Source: Actinomycetota bacterium | GTDB taxonomy: Bacteria; Actinomycetota; Actinomycetes; S36-B12 | NCBI GenBank assembly: GCA_029977425.1 | Contig: JAPOKX010000003.1 | Span: forward strand, 1-39,817 | Direction: 5' to 3' | Length of the DNA stretch: 39,817 nucleotides | Shown here: positions 9,397 to 19,800 of the stretch, one piece after another | How positions within the stretch are numbered: position 1 is the stretch's first letter | Layout of the letters: the number at the start of each line of letters is the position of its first letter | Notes under the pieces: generated by a model | What the model was told of the DNA's origin: nothing | Seen by the model: only the letters and a program-made list of their open reading frames with translations | Databases searched by the model: none | Translations under genes and position numbers: made by a program

Positions 9397-9544
9397 GGCC
9401 GGCACTGCTCCATTCGATTCGTCCACCCGAGGGTGGTCATGATGGTCCGTGGGCGTCGCGTGGGGGTGCGTCGCCGCCGGTCCGGCGGGTACGCCGCCCT
9501 GGGTTGAGAGGGACCCGGGACCGCGTACAGCAGGGAGGAGTCTG
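9397..9544 (-). promoter_or_regulatory. rpsP operon promoter (TGG-CAGACT) and structured leader
   Basis: -10-like CAGACT at 9544-9539; several stem-loops between 9423 and 9528. Confidence 0.5.
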
Positions 9545-9600
9545 CCAGAGGGGGCCCCGAGGAGACCAATCAGCCCCTCGCGGACAGGCCTCGAGGGCTA

Positions 9601-11148
9601 CTAGCCGCCGAGGAGCTTCTTGACGTCGTCGGGGAGCTCGAAGTCCGCCGCGGCGGCCGGCGCGGCGGGGGCCTCGGCCGCGCGCACGGCAGCCTCGCGC
9701 TCCTCGGCGGCTCGCTTGGCCGGATTGCCGCTTCGGGCCTTCTTGGCCTTGGCCGGGGTCTTGCCGGAGCGGCCCTTGGACTTCTTGCCGCCCCCTCCCC
9801 CGAATCCCTGCATCCCGGGCATGCCGGGGATCCCGGGCATGCCCTTGCCACCGCGCATCTGGCGCATCATCTTCTGGGCCTCGCCGAAGCGGTCCACGAG
9901 CCCGTTGACGTCGCTCACCTGCGTGCCAGAGCCGCGAGCGATGCGCGCGCGGCGCGAGGCATTGAGGATCTTGGGGTCGCGGCGCTCCTGGGGCGTCATC
10001 GACTGGATGATCGCCGAGACGCGATCGAGCTCGCGATCGTCGACCTGGTCGAGTTGGGCCTTCATCTCGCCCATGCCCGGGAGCATCCCCAGGATCTTGC
10101 CGAGCGAGCCCATCTTCTTGACGGCCTGCATCTGCTCGAGGAAGTCCTCGAGCGTGAAGTCCTCGCCCTGCGAGACCTTCTGCGCCATGCGCTCGGCCTG
10201 CTCCGCGTCGAAAGCCCGCTCGGCCTGCTCGATGAGGGTGAGCACGTCGCCCATGTCGAGGATGCGCGAGGCCATGCGGTCGGGGTGGAAGGCCTCGAAG
10301 TCCTCGAGCTTCTCGCCTGTCGATGCGAAGAGGACCGGACGACCCGTCACCGACACGATCGAGAGGGCGGCGCCACCTCGTGCGTCACCGTCGAGCTTGG
10401 TGAGCACCACGCCGTCGAAGCCGACCCCGGCCCCGAACTCCTCCGCCGTGCGCACGGCATCCTGACCGATCATGGCGTCGACGACGAGCAGCGTCTCGTC
10501 AGGATCGACGGCATCGCGCACGCGCACGAGCTGATCCATCAGCTCGGCGTCGATGGCCAGGCGACCGGCCGTGTCGACGATCACGATGTCGTTGAGGTGC
10601 ACTTCCGCGTGCTTGACCGAATCGCGCGCGACCTGCACGGGGTCGCCCACGCCGTTGCCCGGCTCCGGCGCGAAGACCGGGACGCCTGCGCGCTCGCCCA
10701 CGATGCGGAGCTGGTCGACGGCATTGGGGCGCTGGAGGTCCGCGGCGACGAGCAGGGGCGTGTGCGACTGGGACTTCAGGTAGGCGGCGAGCTTGCCCGC
10801 GAGCGTGGTCTTGCCCGCGCCCTGGAGGCCGGCGAGCAGGATGACCGTGGGCGGCTGCTTGGCGAAGCGCAGGCGCCGGGTCTCGCCGCCGAGGATCTCG
10901 ACCAACTGCTCGTGCACGATCTTGACGACCTGCTGGGCGGGGTTGAGCGCGCCCGAAACCTCGGAGGAGAGCGCGCGCTCCTTGACCTTCGCGCAGAAGT
11001 CACGGACGACGGGCAGCGCGACGTCGGCATCGAGGAGCGCGATGCGTATCTCGCGGACGGTCTCGTCGATGTCCGCCTCGGACAGGCGCCCCTTGCCGCG
11101 GAGATTGCGGAAGGTTGCCGAGAGGCGATCGGACAGCGAGGCGAACAA
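9601..11148 (-). CDS. ffh: Signal recognition particle protein Ffh
   Basis: GLQGAGKTT, DTAGRL, TKLDGDARGG, FHPDRMASRILDMGD and a Met-rich M domain. Start is TTG 11148 (MFASLSDRL), 8 nt after AGGAG. Confidence 0.97.
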   Translation of the reverse strand: MFASLSDRLSATFRNLRGKGRLSEADIDETVREIRIALLDADVALPVVRDFCAKVKERALSSEVSGALNPAQQVVKIVHEQLVEILGGETRRLRFAKQPPTVILLAGLQGAGKTTLAGKLAAYLKSQSHTPLLVAADLQRPNAVDQLRIVGERAGVPVFAPEPGNGVGDPVQVARDSVKHAEVHLNDIVIVDTAGRLAIDAELMDQLVRVRDAVDPDETLLVVDAMIGQDAVRTAEEFGAGVGFDGVVLTKLDGDARGGAALSIVSVTGRPVLFASTGEKLEDFEAFHPDRMASRILDMGDVLTLIEQAERAFDAEQAERMAQKVSQGEDFTLEDFLEQMQAVKKMGSLGKILGMLPGMGEMKAQLDQVDDRELDRVSAIIQSMTPQERRDPKILNASRRARIARGSGTQVSDVNGLVDRFGEAQKMMRQMRGGKGMPGIPGMPGMQGFGGGGGKKSKGRSGKTPAKAKKARSGNPAKRAAEEREAAVRAAEAPAAPAAAADFELPDDVKKLLGG

Positions 11149-11210
11149 CGCGAGGGCTCCTGGTCCATGAGGGCGTCGAAGGGGCCCGGTCGCCCGGGCG
11201 TCGCCCCAGC

Positions 11211-13618
11211 CTAGATCGTGCGGGCGGCAGCGTCGTTCGGGCCTTGCTGGAGACGATCGAGTACGGCGCCGACCACACGCGCGCGCTCGGCGGATCCGAG
11301 CGTGCCGCCCCCGGCGGCACGCAGGTAGAAGACGTCTACGGCCTCGGATCCCAGGGTCTCGATGCGCGCGGCCGTGATGCTGGCCCCCGCTTCCCTGATG
11401 GCCTCCCCGATCCGATGCAGGAGCGCCGGCTCGTCGTGGGCGCGCACCTCGAGGACCTCCGCGTCGCTTGCCGCGCCGGGCACGAAGTCCACGCGGGGCG
11501 GAGCGCCGGTCGTGCCACGTCGGCGATGCGCGAGCCGCTCGCGCACGTCCCACTCGCCCGCGAGCGCGCGCAGGATGTCGGAGCGCACGAGGTCGAGCGC
11601 AGGGAACTCGCCATACAGGGGCACGACGGTCCATGCCGTGAGCGCGCGATCGCCGACGGTCTCGGTGTCTGCCGCCTTCACCTCGAGGCGATGCACCGCG
11701 AGGACACCGGCGATGGCGCCGAGCAGCCCCGGGCGGTCCGGCGCCGCGACGATGATGCGCGAGGCCGGCGACCCCGCCTCGAGGACGAGCGCGACACCCT
11801 CGGAGGCAAGGAGGTGCGCATGCCGCTCGGCCAGGACGGGGGGCGCAGGGGGCAGCGCGCCTGAGAGGCGCGCGCGCGTGCGTGCGGCGAGGTCGTCCAC
11901 CAGGGCCGCCTTCCACTCGCTCCAGGCGCCCGGCCCTGTCGCCGCTGCGTCGGCGTAGGTAAGCGCGCGCAGCAGTTCGAGCGTCTCCACGCAGCCGACA
12001 GCAGCGGCCACCTGGTCGGCGGTGAGGGGATCGTCCAGATCGCGACGCGTCGCGGTGTCGGGAAGCAGCAGGTGGTGCCGCACCAGGCAGACGAGCACTC
12101 CCCGGTCGCCGGCGTCGAGTCCCATGCGCGCGCCGATCACGTCCGTGAGCTGGGCGCCCACCTCGCTGTGGTCACCCGGGTGCCCCTTGCCGATGTCGTG
12201 GAGCAGGGCACCCAGGACGAGGAGGTCGGGACGGCCGACGTCGCGCAGGTGGGCCGCTGCCGCGGCCGCGGTCTCCACGAGGTGCCGGTCGACCCGGTAG
12301 AGATGCACGGGATTGCCCTGCGGTGCCGACCGCACCGCCACCCATTCAGGGATGAGCCGCACGATGAGCCCGTGCTGATCGAGCGCCTCCCACACCGGCA
12401 CCAGCCCGATGCCCGATCCCAGCAGGGAGACGAGCGCATCGCGCGCATCAGAGGGCCACGGCACCGGCATGGGCGCGGACTCGCGCGCAAGCCGTGCCAC
12501 CGCCGCGGGAGAGACGGGCAGCCCCGCCTGGGCAGCGGCAGCAGCAAAGCGCAGCAGGAGCGCGGGATCCCGGTCGGGTCGCGCGTCGGCGGCAAGCGCG
12601 ACTTCGCCGTCGTGCACCACGACACCGTCCGCCAGCGGCACTCTCTCCGGGCCCGGGCGGCGCAGTCGCCGACGCACGCCGCGATCCGACCGACCCCGCT
12701 GGAGACGCGAGACGCGGTGCCACATGGTGTCTGAGGCATAGGCGATGGCCCGGGCTGCCTCGCCGAGTTCGCGGAGCATCGCATCGCGACCATCGAGCCC
12801 GAGCCTGCGGGCCACGTCCTCCTGGTCCTGCGTGCGCAGGACATCGGACGGTCGCCGTCCCTCCTCCAACGCGCAGTCGTGCAGGGCGTCGCGTAGGTCG
12901 AGAAGAGATGAGCGCACCTCGTCGAGACCCTCGCGCGGCACGTCAGTGACCCACGACGCAGCCACGGCATCGAGGATCCCCGAATCACGCAGGCCGCCGT
13001 AGGACTCCTTGAGATCAGGTTCAAGCAGGTGCGCGGCGTCGCCATGCCGCGCTCGACGTGCCTCCACGGATGCCCGCACCTCATCCAGGCGGGTGCGGGC
13101 GAGGGCACGCCAGTCGGCGAGGATCGCACTCGCCACCCGTTCGCCCAGGGCGATGTCGCCGGCAATCGGGCGGGCGTCGAGCAGTCCGAGGATGACGCGG
13201 ATGTCCTGGGTGGCCGCGCGGCGCACCTCGGCGGGAGTGCGCACGCTGTGATCGACCGGCACGCCGCTATCCCATGCGGGATACCACAATCGGTCCACGA
13301 CCTCGGTCACCCGCGCATCGGTGGGGTCGACGCGATCGGGCAGCACGAGGAGCAGGTCGAGGTCACTGCCCGCCGTCAGGTCGCCGCGCCCGTAGCCGCC
13401 GACCGCCACGAGGCAGGCACCGAGGCCGTCGGCCCCGCTCGCCTCGAAGACAGCCGTGAGCCAGTCGTCCGTGAGCGCGGAAAGCGCGCGCCGGCGCGCG
13501 GGCCGTGACGCGACGGGCCGGCTCAGGAGCTCGCGGCGCGCGTCGCGATACGCCGAGGGGCCGGCGGACAGGGGCACTGACCCCGCCGCCGGCCCGACTC
13601 CCGTGGTGGGCTGCGTCA

Positions 13619-13619
<1 letters not shown>
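11211..13619 (-). CDS. glnD: PII nucleotidyltransferase GlnD
   Basis: VAVGGYGRG..SDLDL (NTase), EPDLKESYGGLRD, HD domain (LLHDIGKG) and C-terminal ACT domains. Coupled to glnK by TAATG. Confidence 0.95.
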
Positions 13620-13957
<338 letters not shown>

Positions 13958-15265
13958 CTACTGCTCCCCTCCGTGCGCGCGGTGACCGATGCCCGCGAAG
14001 ACTCCGCCACCCCCTGAATCTCCCAGTTCGTACGCCGACTCCGCATGCTCATTGAGATCGACTCCGCTGATCTCGACGTCCTCGCTCACCCGGAAGCCCA
14101 TGGTCACCTTGATGAGGTAGCCGATGATGAAGGTGAGGATCAAGGAGTAGAAGAGGACGGCGAAGGCCCCGATCGCCTGCTTGCCCAGCTGCTCCGCGCC
14201 GCCTCCGTAGAGGAGTCCATTGACTCCGGCCGGGGCGGCCTCGGTGGCGAGGAATCCGATGAGCAGGGTGCCGACGAGTCCCCCGACGAGGTGGACTCCC
14301 ACGACGTCCAGGGAGTCGTCGTACTTGAGCTTGTACTTCAGGCCCACGGCGAGGGCGCACAGCACGCCGGCGATGAGGCCGATGACCGATGCGCCCAGGG
14401 GGCTCACCGCGCTACACGCCGGCGTGATGGCGACCAGGCCCGCGACGATGCCCGATGCGGCACCGAGCGACGTGGCATGCCCGTCCCGGACCTTCTCCGT
14501 GATGAGCCAGCCGATGCCAGCGGCGCACGTGGCGACGAACGTGTTGAGGAACACGACGGCCGAGGTGTTGTCTGCCGCGACCTGCGAGCCGGCGTTGAAG
14601 CCGAACCACCCGAACCACAGCAGGGCGGCGCCGATCATCACCAGCGTCAGGTTGTGGGGCTTCATGGGCGTCCGTGGCCAGCCGAGTCGGGCTCCCAGCA
14701 GGATGACCAGCGCGAGGGCCGCGATGCCGGCGTTGATGTGGACCGCAGTGCCCCCCGCGAAGTCGATGACGCCGAGCTTGGCGATCCAGCCGCCCGTCTC
14801 GGGGTCTAGGTTGAAGACCCAGTGCGCCACGGGGAAGTAGACCAGGGTCGCCCAGATCGCCGCGAAGACCAGCCAGGCACTGAACTTCGTGCGATCGGCG
14901 ATGGCACCGGCGATGAGACCTACCGTGAGGCAGGCGAACATCGCCTGGAAGGCCACGAAGATCATGGCGGGCACCGTGGCCTCGGGATCATCGACCATGA
15001 GGCTCTCGAGGCCGAAGTACTCCGTGACATTGCCCAGGAGGCCCGCGTCGCCGTACGACGCACCGAAGGCCATCGAGTAGCCGTAGAGCATCCACAGGAT
15101 GCCCACGATGAAGAGCGCTCCCATGATCATCATCATCATGTTGAGCACGGACTTGACCCGCACCATGCCTCCGTAGAAGAAGGCCAGGCCGGGGATCATC
15201 AGCAGCACCAGCGCGGCTGCCATGAGCATCCAGGCGGTGTCACCGGTGTTGAGCGCGGATTCCAT
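13958..15265 (-). CDS. amtB: Ammonium transporter
   Basis: DFAGGTAVH, LWFGWFGFNAGS, DDSLDVVGVH; multiple TM segments. Confidence 0.97.
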   Translation of the reverse strand: MESALNTGDTAWMLMAAALVLLMIPGLAFFYGGMVRVKSVLNMMMMIMGALFIVGILWMLYGYSMAFGASYGDAGLLGNVTEYFGLESLMVDDPEATVPAMIFVAFQAMFACLTVGLIAGAIADRTKFSAWLVFAAIWATLVYFPVAHWVFNLDPETGGWIAKLGVIDFAGGTAVHINAGIAALALVILLGARLGWPRTPMKPHNLTLVMIGAALLWFGWFGFNAGSQVAADNTSAVVFLNTFVATCAAGIGWLITEKVRDGHATSLGAASGIVAGLVAITPACSAVSPLGASVIGLIAGVLCALAVGLKYKLKYDDSLDVVGVHLVGGLVGTLLIGFLATEAAPAGVNGLLYGGGAEQLGKQAIGAFAVLFYSLILTFIIGYLIKVTMGFRVSEDVEISGVDLNEHAESAYELGDSGGGGVFAGIGHRAHGGEQ

Positions 15266-15328
15266 GCGTCACACTCCTCGCGTCGCGTCTCTGGGTGGTT
15301 CGACTGCGCGCGAGCAAATCCCACGTCC

Positions 15329-15397
15329 GTTACCCGTGATGTGTCCGCGAGTTACGGGTCGGTGACTTCCGAAGCCCGGATGTTTCGGGCATGTGAC
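15329..15397 (-). promoter_or_regulatory. GlnR binding boxes upstream of amtB
   Basis: - strand reads GTCAC-n6-GAAAC (15397-15382), GTCAC-n6-GTAAC (15366-15351), then GACAC-n7-GTAAC (15345-15329). This matches the actinobacterial GlnR GTnAC-n6-GaAAC pattern at a canonical target operon. Confidence 0.8.
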
Positions 15398-15404
15398 GCG
15401 AGGT

Positions 15405-16634
15405 CTACTCCTCGAGAAGGGCGTCGACGAATGCCTCGGGCTCGAAGGGGGCGAGGTCGTCAGGCCCCTCTCCCAGGCCGACCAGCTTGACCGGCACGCC
15501 GAGCTCTCGCTGCACGGCGACCACGATGCCGCCCTTGGCCGTGCCGTCCAGCTTCGTCAGCACGATGCCCGTGACATCGACCACTTCGGAGAAGACCTTC
15601 GCCTGGGTGAGGCCGTTCTGGCCCGTGGTCGCATCGAGGACGAGGAGGACTTCGTCCACGGGCCCCTGCTTCTCGATCACGCGCTTCACCTTGCCGAGTT
15701 CGTCCATGAGGCCGACCTTGGTGTGGAGGCGTCCGGCGGTATCGATGACGACCGTGTCGACGTCCGCCTCGGCACCGATGCGCACGGCATCGAAGGCGAC
15801 GGCAGCGGGGTCACCGCCCTCCGGGCCGCGCACGACGGCCGCGCCCACGCGGTCGCCCCAGGTCTGGAGTTGGTCAGCAGCTGCGGCTCGGAAGGTGTCT
15901 GCAGCGCCGAGCACCACGGTGCGTCCTTCCGCGACGAGCAGGCGGCCGAGCTTTCCCGTGGTGGTGGTCTTGCCGGTGCCATTGACACCGACGACCAGGA
16001 GGACCGCGGGACCGTCGCCCTCGCGCGTCGAGCGCAGCGTACGGTCCATCGTCGGATCGACCAGGGCGATGAGCTCCTCCCGCAGGAGGGTGCGCACCTG
16101 CTCGGGCGTCGACGGGCTCTCGGCCATCACGCGCGCGCGCAGGCGCTCCATGAGGTCGGTCGAGGCGGCGACTCCCAGGTCGGCGGTGAGGAGGGTCTCC
16201 TCCACCTCGTCCCACGTGGCCGCGTCGACGGAATCGCGCGACATGAGGGCCAGCAGGCCGCGGCCGAGTGCGGACTGGGAGCGAGCGAGCCGCCGGCGCA
16301 GGCGAGTGAGTCGCCCTGCCGCCGGCTCCGGCTGCTCGAGCCCCAGCTCCTCGGCACGCAACTCCTCGAGGTCGACCTCCTCGAGGTCCGCCTCGATCGG
16401 CTCGACCTCCAGCGTGGCCGTCGCGCCGAGAGCGTCAGCCGGCACGGCCTCCTCGATGGGGCGGCGCGTGGTGTCGCGCGGGACGGTGTCGTCATCTCCC
16501 ACCCCGGGCGCGTAGTCGATGCCGGGGCGCGGCCGCGCAGGCGGAGCCGGCCGGCGACGTACGAGGGCGACGACGACGCCCACGATGACGAGGAGGGCGA
16601 CGGCGAGAGCAACGATGAGACCGAGGGAATCCAC
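15405..16634 (-). CDS. ftsY: SRP receptor FtsY
   Basis: N-terminal TM segment, GVNGTGKTTT, DTFRAAA, DTAGRLH, TKLDGTAKGG. Confidence 0.97.
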   Translation of the reverse strand: MDSLGLIVALAVALLVIVGVVVALVRRRPAPPARPRPGIDYAPGVGDDDTVPRDTTRRPIEEAVPADALGATATLEVEPIEADLEEVDLEELRAEELGLEQPEPAAGRLTRLRRRLARSQSALGRGLLALMSRDSVDAATWDEVEETLLTADLGVAASTDLMERLRARVMAESPSTPEQVRTLLREELIALVDPTMDRTLRSTREGDGPAVLLVVGVNGTGKTTTTGKLGRLLVAEGRTVVLGAADTFRAAAADQLQTWGDRVGAAVVRGPEGGDPAAVAFDAVRIGAEADVDTVVIDTAGRLHTKVGLMDELGKVKRVIEKQGPVDEVLLVLDATTGQNGLTQAKVFSEVVDVTGIVLTKLDGTAKGGIVVAVQRELGVPVKLVGLGEGPDDLAPFEPEAFVDALLEE

Positions 16635-16691
16635 GGCCCGATCCTCTCAGGAGCGGTGTCGCGGTCGGCAGGGGCGGCGTCGCAGTAGGCG

Positions 16692-16736
16692 ATTGTGCGG
16701 CTGATTATCGGTATTACTCGCTCTCAGCCGCACAAT
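16692..16736. repeat. Perfect 13-bp inverted repeat (REP/MITE-like palindrome) in the smc-ftsY gap
   Basis: ATTGTGCGGCTGA (16692-16704) and TCAGCCGCACAAT (16724-16736) flank a 19-nt AT-richer loop. Confidence 0.7.
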
Positions 16737-16864
16737 TCGCGCGTGGGAGCGAATTCCCGGGGAATCGCGCGAGGCCCGCTCGCTCGCCTTCCCGAAGGTG
16801 GCGCTCACGCGCGGCCCGCTTGTCGGCCGCGGCGAAGGCCGGACGAGCCCGTCGTGGCCGCGCG

Positions 16865-19800
16865 TCAGGCGGAGACGGGGTCGCGGTCGCGCAGGCGCTG
16901 GCCGACCACCTGGGTGACGCCGTCGCCGCGCATGGAGACGCCGTACAGGGCGTCTGCGATCTCCATCGTGCGCTTCTGGTGCGTCACGACGATGAGCTGG
17001 GACGCCGTGCGCAACTCGTCGATGGCATCGATGAGACGCCCCAGGTTGACGTCATCGAGGGCTGCCTCGACCTCGTCCAGCACGTAGAACGGGCTCGGGC
17101 GCGCCTTGAAGAGGGCGATGAGGAAGGCGACGGCCGTGAGCGAGCGCTCGCCGCCGGACAGCAGCGACAGTCGCTTGACCTTCTTGCCCGGCGGCCGCGC
17201 TTCGACATCGACACCCGTGAGGAGCATGTCGGATGGATCAGTGAGCACGAGCCGGCCGTCGCCGCCGGGGAAGAGCCGGGCGAAGACGCGCTCGAACTCG
17301 CGCGCGGTGTCGTGGTACGCCTCGGTGAAGACGGCCTCGACACGCTCGTCGACCTCCTTGATGATGGCCAGGAGGTCCGCCTTGGAGCGCTTGAGGTCAT
17401 CGACCTGCTCGGTGAGGAAGCGGAGGCGCTCCTCCAGCGCGGTGAACTCCTCGAGTGCCAGCGGATTCACCTTGCCCAGCAGCGCGAGACCCCGCTCGGC
17501 CGCCTTGAGACGGCGCTCCTGCTGGGCCCGGTCGTACGGATAGGGCTCGGGCTCAGGCGCGCTCGGATCGACCTCGTCGCCGGGGGCGGCCGGGGTAGGC
17601 GGCACGAGCTGGTCCGGGCCGTACTCGGCCACGAGGGCATCGGGCTCGATCCCGAACTCCTCGATGACGCGACCCTCGACCTGCTCGATGCGCAGCCGCT
17701 GCTCCGCTCGAGCTACCTCGTCGCGATGCACCGAGTCGGTGAGGCGCTCCATCTCCTGGCTGAGCTCACGCAGGGACTGGCGCACCTGCTGCAGCGTGGT
17801 ATCGCGCGTCGCCTGCTGCTCCTCGCGCTCGCGGCGCTCCGCATCCGCGCGCGCCAGCGACGCGTCAAGGTAGCGCAGCACGACGCGCACGCCCTTGGCC
17901 ACGGCCTCCGCGACCTCCGCTTCGCGCGCGCGCTGCTCGCGGCGCTCGATCGCACGCCGACGCGATGCCCGCTCATTGGCGGCCGCCCGCTCGAGCCCCT
18001 CCGCGCGAGCGGTCAGCGAGGCAAGGCGCTCCTCTCCTGTGCGCAGGGTCAGACGCGCCTCGACCTCGTGCGCGCGGGCATCCTCAGCGGCCTTGGCCAG
18101 CTCGGGACGCCGATCGGCGAGGTCGTCACCGCTGCCCGCAGCCTCGTCCACGGCCAGCCGCTCCTCGAGCTCCGCCAGCGTCGCCTCATCGGCCGCCAGT
18201 GCTTCGAGCGCCGCCTGCTCCGCCATGGCGAGGCGATCGGCCTCGGCAGTGGCGGCGCGCGCGGCCTGGCCGAGGAGGCCCAGTTGCTCTGCCACGGCCG
18301 CGAGCTGGGCATCCGACTCGTGCAGGCGCGAGAGGGCCGCCTCCGCCGTCTCGGTGGCCGACTGCTGCGCGTCGAGGGCTGCCGCGAGCTCGAAACGGGT
18401 GCGTTCGAGCGCATGCTGGACGGACTCAAGCGAGGCGGCAGCCTCGTCGACGGCGGATTGGAGTTCGATGAGGGAGGGCGCCTCGCCCGATCCTCCGAAG
18501 GCCACGTGGGGCCCGATGAGATCGCCTTCGCGCGTCGCCGCGGTCAGGCCGGCATCGGCCGCGCGCGCCGCGTCATCGAGGTGATCGACGATGACAATGC
18601 CGGCCAGTCTCGACCGGAGTGCCACGAGGAGCTCAGGAGAGCCGGAGACGACATCGGTGATCCAGCGCAGCCCGGCGGGCGCCGCACCCTGATCGGGGGC
18701 TGACCCCGCGGACTGGCCGAGCACGACCACGCTTGCGCGACCTGCCGTATCGCGATGCAGGAGCATGATGCCGTCGATGGCGGCCCGGGCATCGCGCACG
18801 ACCACGGCATCGGACAGCGGGCCCAGCGCGGCGGCGACGCCACGCTCGTAGCCCGACTCCACAGCCAGAAGCGAGGCCACCGTGCCGATGACGCCGACGG
18901 ACTCCCCCGCCTGAAGCAGGGCCCCGGGACCATCGCCGCGGGCGAGCGCGATGCGCAGTGCCTCGAGTCGCGCCGCAAGCGCCGCGCGCTCGCGCTCGCT
19001 CTCGCGCTCCTGCTGGCGCAGCGACTCCACGAGCGCATCGGCCTCGGCCAGTCGCGCCTGGGTCTCCTCGTACTGCGTGTCGAGGCCGAGCTCGCCGGCA
19101 TCGAGGCCAGCCACCTGCGCCTCGAGCGCAGCGAACTCGCGCTGCGCGGTAGCCGCGCGGGTGCGCGCATCCTCTCGCTGGCTCGCGACGCGCTCGATCT
19201 CGGCCGCTCGCGCCTCACGCCGAGACCGCGCCGCGGCCACGCGTCCCGCGAGACGAGCAAGGCCCTCGCGGCGGTCGGCCTGCGAGCGGATGCCCTGGGC
19301 CACGCGACGCTCCTCCTCGGCGAGGGCGCGCTCGGCATCCGTGCGGACAGACGTGGCCTCGCCGAGCGCTGTCCTCCCGGCCTCGACCTGGCGCCCCAGG
19401 GCGAACTCCTCCTCGCGCAGTCCCGCGGCCTCGGCCTCGAGCGCATCGGGGTCGCGACCGCTCGCGGTCTCGTCCTCGATTTCCGGACCGATGAGGCGCA
19501 GGCGCTCCGCTGACAGAGACGCGGTGCCGAGGAAGCGCTCACGCAGGGCAGACAGGGCAAACCAGGACTGCTGCGCGGATGCCAGGAGCGGCGCTGCTGA
19601 CTGCGACTCGGCATCGAGGGTCGCCTCCTGCGCGGTCAGCGCAGCCAGTTGGCCTTCGACTTCCAGGCGTCGTTCGCGAAGAGCTGACTCGTCGGCCACC
19701 TCGGCCGCGAGCGTCTCGCGGAACTGCGCGAGATCGTCAGCCATGAGGCGCAGGCGCGCGTCACGAGCCTCTGCTTGGATCACCGCGGCCCGGCGGGCCA

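Noticed and set aside
9571-9600. Weak hairpin after ffh as a terminator
   Set aside because: Short interrupted stem with no U-tract; not distinguishable from high-GC background.
9781-9850. GMPG repeats at the Ffh C-terminus
   Set aside because: Ordinary low-complexity tail of actinobacterial Ffh.
11149-11916. Apparent 771-aa Ffh with a long N-terminal extension (similar over-extensions affect rnhB, rsmD, plsC, ddl, metB-like and rnc)
   Set aside because: The extension overlaps glnD in another frame; the conserved N-terminus and SD point to TTG 11148.
16700-16716. CCGATAAT on the - strand resembles the XerC arm of an actinobacterial dif site, and xerC is in the window
   Set aside because: No TTATGT XerD arm follows at the 6-bp spacing; the bases belong to the palindrome instead.
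16741-16864. Possible SRP (4.5S) RNA near ftsY/ffh
   Set aside because: I could not find the conserved helix-8 signature (CAGG...GGAA tetraloop...AGCAG) on either strand.
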